Assembly: GCA_965249275.1 (NCBI GenBank)
Contig: CBDFLQ010000007.1
Location: 544,001-608,000 of the forward strand
Length of the DNA stretch: 64,000 bases
Origin: Dehalococcoidia bacterium
GTDB taxonomy: Bacteria; Chloroflexota; Dehalococcoidia; Plut-88900
Direction: 5' to 3'
The position numbers were made by a program, and so were the translations under genes. This document shows, piece after piece, positions 8,959-18,193 of the stretch; positions within the stretch are counted from its first letter, which is position 1, and each line of letters begins with the position of its first letter. The notes under the pieces were generated by a model. That model had not been told where the DNA came from. It worked only from the letters and a program-made list of their open reading frames with translations, and made no database searches.

Positions 8959-11355
8959 CTAGGTCGGGGTGCGGGCTCGGGCTCCGCCGAACCGGGCCTG
9001 GACACGACGCAGTATCACCCCGAATTCCCGGTTCTCCCACATCACCAGAATCTGCGGTCCTATCAGCATGGAACTGTACGTTCCGGCAATCACGCCGATG
9101 AGCAGTACCAGGATAAACGGCAGCAGCGTACTTCCGCCAAAGAGGGCCAGGGCCATCAGCGTGAACAGCGTTGTCAGGCTGGTGTTCAGCGATCGTCCCA
9201 TCGTCTCCAGCAGGCTGTTGTTCACGGTGACTTCGAACTGCTCGCCCGTCCGCTTGAGCATGTTCTCCCTGATGCGGTCGAAGACTACGATGGTGTTGTT
9301 AATGCTGTAACCGATCACTGCCAGGATGGCGGTGATCACCATTGTATTCAGCTCAATCCCGAACACCTTCCCCATGATCGAGAAGAGGCCCAGTACAATC
9401 AGGACGTCGTGGGTCAGGGCAAATACGGCCGATAGGCTATATCGGAAGAAATGGGGCATCTTACGAAATGCCCACGCTATGTATAAGAAAACGCCGATTA
9501 TTGCGAATAGGACTGCCAGCGCTGCGTTGCGCACCATCTCAGCGGCCACTATCGGCGACACGAAGTCGACCTCGAACCGGTCTATACTCGTCCCCCCGAA
9601 GCGCTGCTCTAACGCCTGCTGAATAAGCTGGCTGTCCGAGGGGCCCACGTTCCCGCTCTGGTCTATCTCACCTTGGCCCAGCGTCTCGGTACGGATGAGG
9701 AACGCGTTTGCCTCCAGGGCCTGAACTATTGCCTCCCCGTGCCCCAGTTCCTCCAGCACCTCGCGTACCGCCTGAGACGTAACCGCACCGGTCGTGAGTC
9801 TCGACAGATCGGAGGGGTTTATGAACCGAACCTCAATGGTCGAGCCGCTTGAGAACTCGATGCCCGTGTTGAAGGCCGGAGGGAATATCAGGGACACGAT
9901 GCCCGGTAACAGGACCGCCCCAGAGATAACGAAGTACCAGACCCGCTTGTTGACCAGGTTCAGCCCACGCCGGGGGGTTGAAGCCTCGACCACCTGAGCC
10001 CCGGCCTTGCCCAGCCCGAACAACCCCGGTTTCTCTTGCACCCGGGCCCCGACGACGAACCTGAGGAAACTCCTGGTCACGAACATCGCCGAGAACATGC
10101 TCGTCACCACGCCGATGGCCAGCGTGATCGCAAATCCGGTTACCAGCGGCGTCCCCAGCTTGTTGCCGAACCACCACAAGATGGCGCAGGTAATCAGTGT
10201 CGAGACATTGCTGTCACGGATAGCCACCCAGGCCCGGTTGAACCCCGCTTCAATACCGACCCTCAGACTTCGACCGGCTCGTAATTCCTCTTTCAGTCTT
10301 TCGAATATAAGGACGTTGGCATCGACCGCCATGCCGATGGACAAGATGAATCCGGCGATGCCCGAGAGCGTAAGGGTCACGGGAAGCAGCTTGAACGTCG
10401 ACAGCACCACCATCCCGTAAATGACGAGCGCTCCCGCGGAAAGGACGCCGGGCAGCCTGTAGTAGAACATCAGGAACCCGAGGACGAGAAGCAAACCCAC
10501 CACCCCTGCTACCAGGCTCTTGCTGACCGACTCCGCGCCCAGCGTTGCGTCAACGTCCTGCTCGCGTATCGTCTGGATGGGAATGGGAAGGGCGCCCGCG
10601 TTTAGCTGAATGGCCAAGACGTCTGCTTCGTCTAGAGAGAGCCCCGTAATTACACCGTTTCTCGATATGACGGCTTGCACTGTTGGGGAAGAGATGAGGC
10701 CCCCGTCAAGATGTATCCCCAGGGGCTGGTTGAGCAGCCTGCTCGTAACTCTCTCGAACATCCTGGCGCCTTCGTCATTGAACTCGAAGGCGACTTGGGG
10801 GAGGTTGGTGCTCGGGTCAAGCAATACCTGGGAGGTAGGGAGCAGGAATTCACCCGTGACAGGCGCCAATTGGCCGGTATCGTTTGTGGTCAGGGCCGGG
10901 TCCCAGATGATACTGCCAGTGGTGGGATCGGTAACGAAAGTACCGTCTTCCTTGCGTCTCTGCTCCCGGAAATCAAGCTGGGCCGTCTTGCCAATGAGGC
11001 TCTTAGCTTGTTCCACGTCTTTGATGCCGGGTATCTGCACCATGATACGGTCGTCCCCGACCCTCTGCACGATGGGCTCCGACACCCCGAACGCGTCTAC
11101 CCGGCGCCGGATTATGCTAATGACGCCCTCCATCTGGGAGTCGGTGACGACTTCTCCCTCAGGGGGGATAGCCTCGTAGACGAGGTGGGTGCCGCCCTTG
11201 ATGTCCAGCCCTTGCCGGAATCCCTCCCTGTCAAGGCCGGGCGTCTTATTCGGGACCAGGACCACCAGGGCTGCAATGACGAGCAGGCCGATGATTATCA
11301 GGCTTAGGGTGTTGCCCTTCGGAAAGAGCTTGTATAGCCGGAGAAGTATGATCAA
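8959..11355 (-). CDS. secDF: Fused protein translocase subunit SecDF
   Basis: SecD motifs GLDIKGG, RRRVDAFGVSEP and GMAVDANVLIFER, followed in the same ORF by SecF motifs GIEFSSG and GYSINNTIVVFDRIRE. Confidence 0.95.
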   Translation of the reverse strand: MIILLRLYKLFPKGNTLSLIIIGLLVIAALVVLVPNKTPGLDREGFRQGLDIKGGTHLVYEAIPPEGEVVTDSQMEGVISIIRRRVDAFGVSEPIVQRVGDDRIMVQIPGIKDVEQAKSLIGKTAQLDFREQRRKEDGTFVTDPTTGSIIWDPALTTNDTGQLAPVTGEFLLPTSQVLLDPSTNLPQVAFEFNDEGARMFERVTSRLLNQPLGIHLDGGLISSPTVQAVISRNGVITGLSLDEADVLAIQLNAGALPIPIQTIREQDVDATLGAESVSKSLVAGVVGLLLVLGFLMFYYRLPGVLSAGALVIYGMVVLSTFKLLPVTLTLSGIAGFILSIGMAVDANVLIFERLKEELRAGRSLRVGIEAGFNRAWVAIRDSNVSTLITCAILWWFGNKLGTPLVTGFAITLAIGVVTSMFSAMFVTRSFLRFVVGARVQEKPGLFGLGKAGAQVVEASTPRRGLNLVNKRVWYFVISGAVLLPGIVSLIFPPAFNTGIEFSSGSTIEVRFINPSDLSRLTTGAVTSQAVREVLEELGHGEAIVQALEANAFLIRTETLGQGEIDQSGNVGPSDSQLIQQALEQRFGGTSIDRFEVDFVSPIVAAEMVRNAALAVLFAIIGVFLYIAWAFRKMPHFFRYSLSAVFALTHDVLIVLGLFSIMGKVFGIELNTMVITAILAVIGYSINNTIVVFDRIRENMLKRTGEQFEVTVNNSLLETMGRSLNTSLTTLFTLMALALFGGSTLLPFILVLLIGVIAGTYSSMLIGPQILVMWENREFGVILRRVQARFGGARARTPT

Positions 11356-11481
11356 CTAAATAGTCCGCCGTTCACGAGTCGGTATAACCTATTCTACGCC
11401 TTGCGGCCCCACGAGTCATTAGTGATTCCTTGCACAATTGCGTTAATGATAACTCAAACCGCCCCCCACCCCCCAGTTCAC

Positions 11482-11967
11482 CTATTCTTCCTCTTCTTCC
11501 GGGGGCAGCTTATGCAACCTGTCCATGCTCTCCAGGAGGTCGGTATAAAGAGAGCCATGGATGTGTCCGACCTCATGCTCCAGGGCCTGGGCGAGCAGGT
11601 CCGTTGCCTTGATCCTCACCTCTTTCCCGTCAAGACCCTGCCCCTTCGCCAGGACAGTTTCCGCCCTCTTGATATCCCCCCTGTAGCCCGGAATGCTCAG
11701 GCAGCCCTCGCTTACGTCACGTTCACCGGTCTTCTTCACGATCTCCGGGTTGATAAGCGTGATAACGGGCTCATCCGGCACCTCAATGACGATGACTCTT
11801 AGGGAAACACCCACTTGTGGAGCTGCAATGCCTACGCCGTTGTACTCATGCATACTTTCAAGCATGTTCTCCGCCAGCTTCTTGATATACGCGTCTATGG
11901 CGCGGACACGTTTGGCCCTCTGGCGGAGTATCGGGTCGGGGGTGACTCTAAGCGGGAGTACGGCCAA
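11482..11967 (-). CDS. def: Peptide deformylase
   Basis: GVGIAAPQVG, EGCLSIPG and EHEVGHIHG motifs. Confidence 0.95.
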   Translation of the reverse strand: MAVLPLRVTPDPILRQRAKRVRAIDAYIKKLAENMLESMHEYNGVGIAAPQVGVSLRVIVIEVPDEPVITLINPEIVKKTGERDVSEGCLSIPGYRGDIKRAETVLAKGQGLDGKEVRIKATDLLAQALEHEVGHIHGSLYTDLLESMDRLHKLPPEEEEE

Positions 11968-12053
11968 TGGGAGTCTCTACGGCGTAACGAAATATCAAGT
12001 TTGATTCAGGCACCGGCCCATTCTATGAAATGGCCTTAGACCTGTAAAGGTCG

Positions 12054-12838
12054 TGTACTCGTTCGGTAGATTAGTGACACACCGGAGTTTCATTCAGTCC
12101 TCCTGAGGCGGACCCGCCCAAGGCGGATGTTCCATCTTCGATTGTGGGGTTTCGGTTTCCGTTCTGTCTGTTAGGTTTTGGGAAGGCGATGAAAGGTCCG
12201 TGACTAGGATCCAGGCCGGAGTTTGTTGCCGAGCCGTCAGCGCCGGGCTGGCTTATCCCCACATGTTCTCGGCTGTGGTCAGGGTTGTGTGGGGCCGATC
12301 CTTCCGGCAGCGGCACTTGACCGGACCGCTGACGGGGAACATGCCGCCTGAGGCGGACTTTCAGAACCGGCGTCCCGGTGCATCGGTCGTAGAGACGGAT
12401 GGCGGGGACGGCGGGACAAACAAGGCACGAGGGCCTTGCTAGACCGGGGGTCGGTTGACCTACCCGGGAAACCGGCGCGCAATGGGCCGGAGTAAACGCA
12501 TCCGGTAATGGGAAGCGTTGAATCGGCAGGGGCGTCGTAGGACGGGGCCTGCCGCGTATAGTCTGTGGACCTTCCATCGCCTGGGCGCTGGGGAAGGGAT
12601 AGCCGGGGCCTTTGTATGAGGAGATGGCGGCGTTTGCTTGAGCCGTGGGGCGGCATGGGCCGCCCTTTGGGATGGGCTTAGACGTTGAGTCCTCGGGGCC
12701 GGGGCTGGTGTTCCCCCTGGGTTGTGTGTTCCTCCTTTGGGTTTAGGGTGAGTGGCTGGCCAGCCGGGGGTGAATATAGTACATGTGTGCAAGTCTGGTC
12801 AAGGGGTTCGTGTCACTTTTGGGAGGGCAAGAGGCTCA
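12054..12838. mobile_element. Non-autonomous ~785-bp element, copy A (IS481-like left end, decayed right end), between priA and def
   Basis: Left end TGTACTCGTTCGGTAGATTAGTGACA is nearly identical to copy B. About 140 nt at the left and 200 nt at the right are homologous to 41488-42288. Right end TGTCAC...CTCA. Flanks GGTCG/TGTCA match only partly. Confidence 0.65.
12773..12802 (-). promoter_or_regulatory. Sigma70-type promoter inside element A, with LexA-like box
   Basis: TTGACC-18nt-TATATT on the minus strand, with GCAC-ACAT-GTAC abutting the -10. Same position as the promoter in copy B. Confidence 0.55.
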
Positions 12839-12840
12839 TG

Positions 12841-15294
12841 TCACAGCAGAGTCACCGGGTCCACATCCACCGACCACCCCTCCCCCAACCCCACCCGTTC
12901 CAAAAGCCGGGCGGGCTCGTCGCATCTGATCAGGACATGCCAGCGGTACCGGCCCTTCAGCCTGGGCACAAAACACGGGACCGGACCCAGAACGTCGGTC
13001 TGAGGCAGTCCAAGCCGGTCTCGCTCCTTTCGCAGCCGGACCGCAACCTTCTGGGATTCTGCCTCGGCCTTGGCTGGATCGAATTGTGAGTGGACCAGCC
13101 TCGTTAGCCGGGCGTAGGGGGGATAGCGATTTTGCCTTCGATAGCTGGTCTCCTGCCGGTAGAATCCGCCGTAGTCGTGGTTAGCGACAGCCCGGATTGC
13201 ATAGTGATCGGGGTTGAAAGTCTGCACCACCACCCTCCCTCCCCCCGGGCCCCGGCCCGCCCGCCCCGCCACCTGGGTCAAAAGCTGGAACACCCGCTCC
13301 CCCGCCCTGAAATCGGGGAAGTTGATTCCCACGTCGGCGCTCATCACACCTACCAGTGTCACTTGCGGCAGGTGCAATCCCTGGGCCACCATCTGAGTCC
13401 CAATAAGGATGTCGATCTGACCCGTCTGCAGCTTCTCCAATACTTCCTCATGCTCTGACGGCTTGGAGATCGAGTCCCGGTCCCATCGGAATGTCCTGGC
13501 ATTGGGAAATCTCAACCGCATCTCCTCTTCAAGCCGCTGTGTGCCCGTGCCCAAGTACCCGAGGTCCGGGCTGCCGCAGCCTCGGCACATCTCGGGTTTC
13601 CTGATGTTATAGCCGCAGTGGTGGCACACAAGTTTGCCCTTGGCACCGTGATAAATGAGCGCCACCTCGCAGCGCCGACACCTGACCACCAGCCCGCACT
13701 CTCGGCAGTGCACAGACGTGGCGAATCCTCTCCTGTTTATGAAGAGGATCACCTGCTCGCCCGCGTCCAGGGCGTTGGCCATCTCATTCCGCAAAAGGCG
13801 GCTGAACATGTCGCGGTTGCCGCTTCTAAGCTCCTGTTTCATGTCCACCACGTCTACCCTCGCCATTCCTCCAGCAGCTTCCTCCCCCGCTCCCGATACC
13901 CTGGGCCCGACCGTTATGCGTCTCGGCAGCTCCAGGTATTCCAGTTCTCCTATCGACGCTTTGTACGACGTCGTGACGTCGGGCGTCGCGCTTCCGAGAA
14001 TCACCACCGCCCCCGACAGCTTCCCCAGTTCCAGGGCCGCGTCCCTGGCGTGGTAGCGGGGCGCGGGCTCCGACTGCTTGTAGGAGCTGTCGTGCTCCTC
14101 ATCAAGCACTATCAGGCCGAGGTCCGGCTGCGGCGAAAACAATGCACTTCTCGGGCCTATCACCACCCCAAATTCGCCGTCTCGAATGCGCCACCATTCG
14201 TCGAACTTCTCCCCCGCTTTCAATCGGCTGTGCAAGACGGCGACCTGTCCCGGAAATCGGCTGCTGAATCTCTGAATCGTTTGCGGGGTGAGCGATATCT
14301 CCGGCACTAGCACGATGCCCCGGCGACCCAACTCCAGGGTGCGCTCCAGCGCCCTTAGGTAAAGCTCGGTCTTGCCGCTTCCGGTAACCCCCCGCAGCAG
14401 GAACGCATTCCCCTCTCCACCCACCGCCGACTTTTCCAAAGCCTCCTTGATCGGCGCCCAGGCCCGCTGCTGGTCTTCCGTAAGCGAGGGCGCGTCCATC
14501 CGCTCGTAGTGCCTCGACGCCAGGGGGTCCCTGATGACTCGCACCTTTCGGGTTCCGACGACACCTCTCTCCTTCAAAATCTTGATGGCGCCGGGAGATA
14601 TGCTGCGCTCTCGGAGCTCCGACGCGCTAACCCCTTCCGGCATCTCGAACAGCGCATCCAGCAGTGCTCGCTGGTTGACTGCATTTTTCTTCAAACGCGC
14701 CTGTACAACCGCCTCTTCCGCGCCTACTTTCAGGAAAAACTGTGTCTCGTACTTAGGGGAAACGACGGGTCTCGGCCACTCCGACTCCCGTCTCACCACC
14801 CCCGACCTCGCCAGTTTTTCCACCCTCACCTGTGCCCTGGGCCCCAGCTTCCTCTTCAACCCGACAATTTCCGTGCGCCCCACGTCTGCCAACGCGTCCA
14901 GCACCTTCTTCTCCGATTCCGACGGGACGAAGGAGTGAGGCCAAGGCGCTGGCTTAAGCGAATAAAAAGTCCGCACCTTGCGTCGGAAGCCATGAGGCAG
15001 CATCAATGCAGCAGCCTCGAAGAGGGAACAGAGGTATCGTCGGCTTATCCATTGGGCGAGGGAGAGCTGCCGGGCGCCGAGAATCGGAACAGGGTCGACA
15101 AGCCCGATTATTTCCCTCGTTTCCTCGAAGTTGGAGGAATTGGTAAGTTGGAAGACGATGCCCTGCAGACGGCGCGGCCCGAAGGGGACCCAAACGGAAT
15201 GACCGGGTCTCAGGTCCAGGTGGGAAGGAACGGAATAGGTGAAAGTCCGGTCGGGTTCCAGGGGTGCGTCGACGGCAATCTCAGCGAATGGCAT
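12841..15294 (-). CDS. priA: Primosomal protein N'
   Basis: GVTGSGKTE, LVPEISLTPQ, DEEHD.SYKQ..PRYHAR, Cys-rich Zn fingers, and QVAGRAGR. Confidence 0.96.
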   Translation of the reverse strand: MPFAEIAVDAPLEPDRTFTYSVPSHLDLRPGHSVWVPFGPRRLQGIVFQLTNSSNFEETREIIGLVDPVPILGARQLSLAQWISRRYLCSLFEAAALMLPHGFRRKVRTFYSLKPAPWPHSFVPSESEKKVLDALADVGRTEIVGLKRKLGPRAQVRVEKLARSGVVRRESEWPRPVVSPKYETQFFLKVGAEEAVVQARLKKNAVNQRALLDALFEMPEGVSASELRERSISPGAIKILKERGVVGTRKVRVIRDPLASRHYERMDAPSLTEDQQRAWAPIKEALEKSAVGGEGNAFLLRGVTGSGKTELYLRALERTLELGRRGIVLVPEISLTPQTIQRFSSRFPGQVAVLHSRLKAGEKFDEWWRIRDGEFGVVIGPRSALFSPQPDLGLIVLDEEHDSSYKQSEPAPRYHARDAALELGKLSGAVVILGSATPDVTTSYKASIGELEYLELPRRITVGPRVSGAGEEAAGGMARVDVVDMKQELRSGNRDMFSRLLRNEMANALDAGEQVILFINRRGFATSVHCRECGLVVRCRRCEVALIYHGAKGKLVCHHCGYNIRKPEMCRGCGSPDLGYLGTGTQRLEEEMRLRFPNARTFRWDRDSISKPSEHEEVLEKLQTGQIDILIGTQMVAQGLHLPQVTLVGVMSADVGINFPDFRAGERVFQLLTQVAGRAGRGPGGGRVVVQTFNPDHYAIRAVANHDYGGFYRQETSYRRQNRYPPYARLTRLVHSQFDPAKAEAESQKVAVRLRKERDRLGLPQTDVLGPVPCFVPRLKGRYRWHVLIRCDEPARLLERVGLGEGWSVDVDPVTLL

Positions 15295-15375
15295 GGCCAA
15301 TACCGGCGGCGCTGCGTTCGGCCGCCCCGGAACAAGGAAGAGGTGAAGTGGACTCGGAAGCCGGGCCTCGGGCCT

Positions 15376-15738
15376 CTAGGTGTAGCGCTTCTCTTTGATG
15401 CGGGCCGCCTTGCCCGACAGGCCCCGCAGGTAGTACAGGCGGGCCCGCCTGACCCGACCCAGCTTTACGACTTCGAGCCTCTGAAGCCTTGGTGAATTGA
15501 ACAGGAATGTCCTCTCAACACCTACAGCGTGCGCTACCCTGCGCACCGTGAAGTTCCCATCGATGGCGCCGGAGTGGACCCTGATGACCGTTCCCTGGAA
15601 CACCTGGATACGCTCCCGGGTCCCTTCTATTACCCGGTAGTGCACCTTGACGGTGTCCCCGGGGTGTATCTCATCCAAATTAGGGTTAGGCTCGGCCTTG
15701 ACCACCGTATTTACATCAATTCCCGTTAGACCGCTCAT
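15376..15738 (-). CDS. rplS: 50S ribosomal protein L19
   Basis: [25 protein letters not shown] and [10 protein letters not shown] motifs. Confidence 0.97.
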   Translation of the reverse strand: MSGLTGIDVNTVVKAEPNPNLDEIHPGDTVKVHYRVIEGTRERIQVFQGTVIRVHSGAIDGNFTVRRVAHAVGVERTFLFNSPRLQRLEVVKLGRVRRARLYYLRGLSGKAARIKEKRYT

Positions 15739-15944
15739 GATTTTTCAGCCTCGCTGCGGGGTAGAGACTCAGTTATTCTTCTTCTCCCGCCGCTCTTCAG
15801 TTTCAAATTAGTCCATATACTCTAGCACAGTATCGCGCCAACATTGAAGGGGCCTTCACGGAGCCCTATCATACAACCCGCGCCTCCGGCGCAGGCCTTT
15901 TTCGAAAATCTACCAAACCTAAGCAGGACAATCGGAGCCTACAT

Positions 15945-16907
15945 ATGCACACCAAATCAACCTTCGCAGATATCCTCTCAGCCCGCCGCGCCATAAGCCC
16001 CTACGTTAGCAGGACTCCCCTCCGACACTACCCATCCCTCTCCGACGCCATGGGCGCCGAAGTGTACCTGAAGCACGAGAACTACCAGGTCACCGGAGCC
16101 TTCAAGGTAAGGGGCGGGATCAATCTCGTTTCCCGGCTCTCCGAAGAGGACAAGGCTCGGGGGATCATCTGTGCCTCGACCGGTAATCACGGCCAATCAA
16201 TAGCCTACGCAGGTCGGCTGTTCGGGGTCCGCGCGATTATCGTCGTGCCGGAAGGCGCGAACCCGGGCAAGGTGGAAGCGATGCGAGACTTTGGCGCGGA
16301 AGTCATCTTTCATGGCGCGGACTTCGACGAGTCCCGAGGGCACGTCGAACGCCTCTGCGCCGAGTTCGGCTACCGATACATCCACAGCGGCAACGAACCC
16401 GACCTCATCGCCGGCGTTGGCACGTACGCCGTCGAAATCATCGAAGACCTCCCTGACGTGGAAGTAATTTTCGTCCCGGTGGGCGGGGGGAGCGGGGCCT
16501 GTGGCACGGCCATCGCCGCCAAGACCATCAACCCTGCCATCCAGGTCATCGCCGTCGGAGCGGCCAAGGCCCCTGCGGCCTATCTGTCGTGGAAGAGCGG
16601 CGAGCTGGTTGAGGCCTCCATGGAGACCGCCGCCGAGGGCCTCGCGACCCGGACTGCCTTCGAGATGCCCCAGTCCATCATGCGGGACATGCTCGACGAT
16701 TTCCTGCAGGTCAGCGAGGAAGAGATCCAGAATGCGATTCTCATGCTCCTCGAAAAGGCGCGCACCTTGGCCGAGGGCGCGGGCGCCGCGTCCCTTGCAG
16801 GCGCATTGCAGATCAAGGACCAAATTCGGAGCAAGAAGGTGGCGGTTGTAATCAGTGGCGGCAACCTGGCAATGCACCAGCTAAGGTCAGCGTTGACTGC
16901 TGGTTAG
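15945..16907 (+). CDS. Threonine/serine dehydratase (PLP-dependent)
   Basis: YLKHEN.Q.TGAFKVRG, ASTGNHGQ, PVGGGSG and ISGGN motifs. Confidence 0.9.
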   Translation: MHTKSTFADILSARRAISPYVSRTPLRHYPSLSDAMGAEVYLKHENYQVTGAFKVRGGINLVSRLSEEDKARGIICASTGNHGQSIAYAGRLFGVRAIIVVPEGANPGKVEAMRDFGAEVIFHGADFDESRGHVERLCAEFGYRYIHSGNEPDLIAGVGTYAVEIIEDLPDVEVIFVPVGGGSGACGTAIAAKTINPAIQVIAVGAAKAPAAYLSWKSGELVEASMETAAEGLATRTAFEMPQSIMRDMLDDFLQVSEEEIQNAILMLLEKARTLAEGAGAASLAGALQIKDQIRSKKVAVVISGGNLAMHQLRSALTAG

Positions 16908-17002
16908 AGAGAGCCCTCGGCCCTCGAGCAGGAAGGCCAGGGCATAAGATCAGAACGGCGTAACAGGAACTCACCTCAACCGGCTCGGCCCAGCAATCGA
17001 CT

Positions 17003-18142
17003 CTAGTGTGTCTCCAGGGAAATTCCTATCGCAGAGCCTATCCCGTATGTCACACCCGCTGCGATCGTCCCGGCCAATAACATGCGTCCACCTCCCCACA
17101 GCGGGTTCTTCCCTGTGATGATCCCCAGCAGGACTCCTATCCCGACAGTTGCCACCCCGCTCACGGCTATCGTGAGCATTAGCGCAAGGAGGCCTTCGGT
17201 AAACAAGTTCGGCAACAGGGGTATTACTGCCCCCAGGCCAAAGGCCAGGAAGGAGCTTATCGCCGCCATCCACGGGTACCCGAGCTGGCTCGGGTCCAGG
17301 CCCAGCTCTTCACGGGCCAGCGTAGCCAGGGCCACTTCCGGGTTGGAGATGATCCGCTCGGCAACAGCTCGGGCCTCCTGTCTCGTGAAACCCTTTCGTT
17401 GATATATAAATGCCAGCTCCTGCATCTCCTCCTTTGGCATCTCCTCCAGCTCGGCCCTTTCCACCTCAATCTCTCTCTCGTACACGTCCCTCTGTGCCCT
17501 CACCGACACGTACTCCCCCGCCGCCATTGAGAACGCCCCAGCCAGCAGCCCCGAGATACCCGCTATCACGATGAAGTTAGGGTCCGAGGTAGCTCCGGCC
17601 ACCCCCATCACAAGGCTCAGGTTCGACAGCAGTCCGTCGTTGAATCCCAGGACTCCTGCCCGAACGTTCACCGTGCCGCTGTAGTGGCGGCGCTCCAGGG
17701 AAAGTATCTGGGTATGGTCGGGCCGACCGGCCAGCCGACCCAGCACGTTGAAATGCTCGATTTCTTCCTGGACTATGTTGGTCGCCTCCGGGTCCTCCCT
17801 GTAGGTGCTAGCGTCCGCTGCCTCAGATTTCAGAATCATAGGCATGACGGCTCGGGTGCCGAGCACTCGGGCAACAGTGCGCAGCACTATCACGCGCAGA
17901 GTCCGCCGGTAGTCGTCCGGCGATTGGTCTTCCAGCCCCAGTTTGCGCGACCAGATCCGGACGTGACGCATCTCCGCCTGCGCCAACCTTCGAAAAAGAC
18001 CGGCCCGTTCCTCGTTCCTCTCGACGCCGGACAGGTCACGGTATAGCTGTACCGCCTCTAGCTCATTCTTGAGGTATCTGCGATATCGCTGGTGGTCCGT
18101 TTCTTTGGGACCGGACCTTTTGATTTTCAGTCCTCCCAGCAT
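17003..18142 (-). CDS. VIT1/CCC1 family transporter with N-terminal rubrerythrin-like domain
   Basis: LGFNDGLLSN and AGAFSMAAGEYVSV motifs. N-terminal ExxH pairs (EMRH, EIEH). Confidence 0.88.
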   Translation of the reverse strand: MLGGLKIKRSGPKETDHQRYRRYLKNELEAVQLYRDLSGVERNEERAGLFRRLAQAEMRHVRIWSRKLGLEDQSPDDYRRTLRVIVLRTVARVLGTRAVMPMILKSEAADASTYREDPEATNIVQEEIEHFNVLGRLAGRPDHTQILSLERRHYSGTVNVRAGVLGFNDGLLSNLSLVMGVAGATSDPNFIVIAGISGLLAGAFSMAAGEYVSVRAQRDVYEREIEVERAELEEMPKEEMQELAFIYQRKGFTRQEARAVAERIISNPEVALATLAREELGLDPSQLGYPWMAAISSFLAFGLGAVIPLLPNLFTEGLLALMLTIAVSGVATVGIGVLLGIITGKNPLWGGGRMLLAGTIAAGVTYGIGSAIGISLETH

Positions 18143-18193
18143 TAAGTGGTCCCTCTAGTCATCAAACGTCTTCCCCATCTTATCCAACGCCTC

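Noticed and set aside
12071-12577. ORFs in both element copies (also 41505-41753) sharing the C-terminus IAFPKPNRQNGNRNPTIEDGTSA..PVCH
   Set aside because: The shared peptide simply reflects the conserved nucleotide flank. N-terminal parts are unrelated, composition is Pro/Arg-rich and shadow-like, and there is no RBS or transposase motif. A small peptide cannot be fully excluded without more copies.
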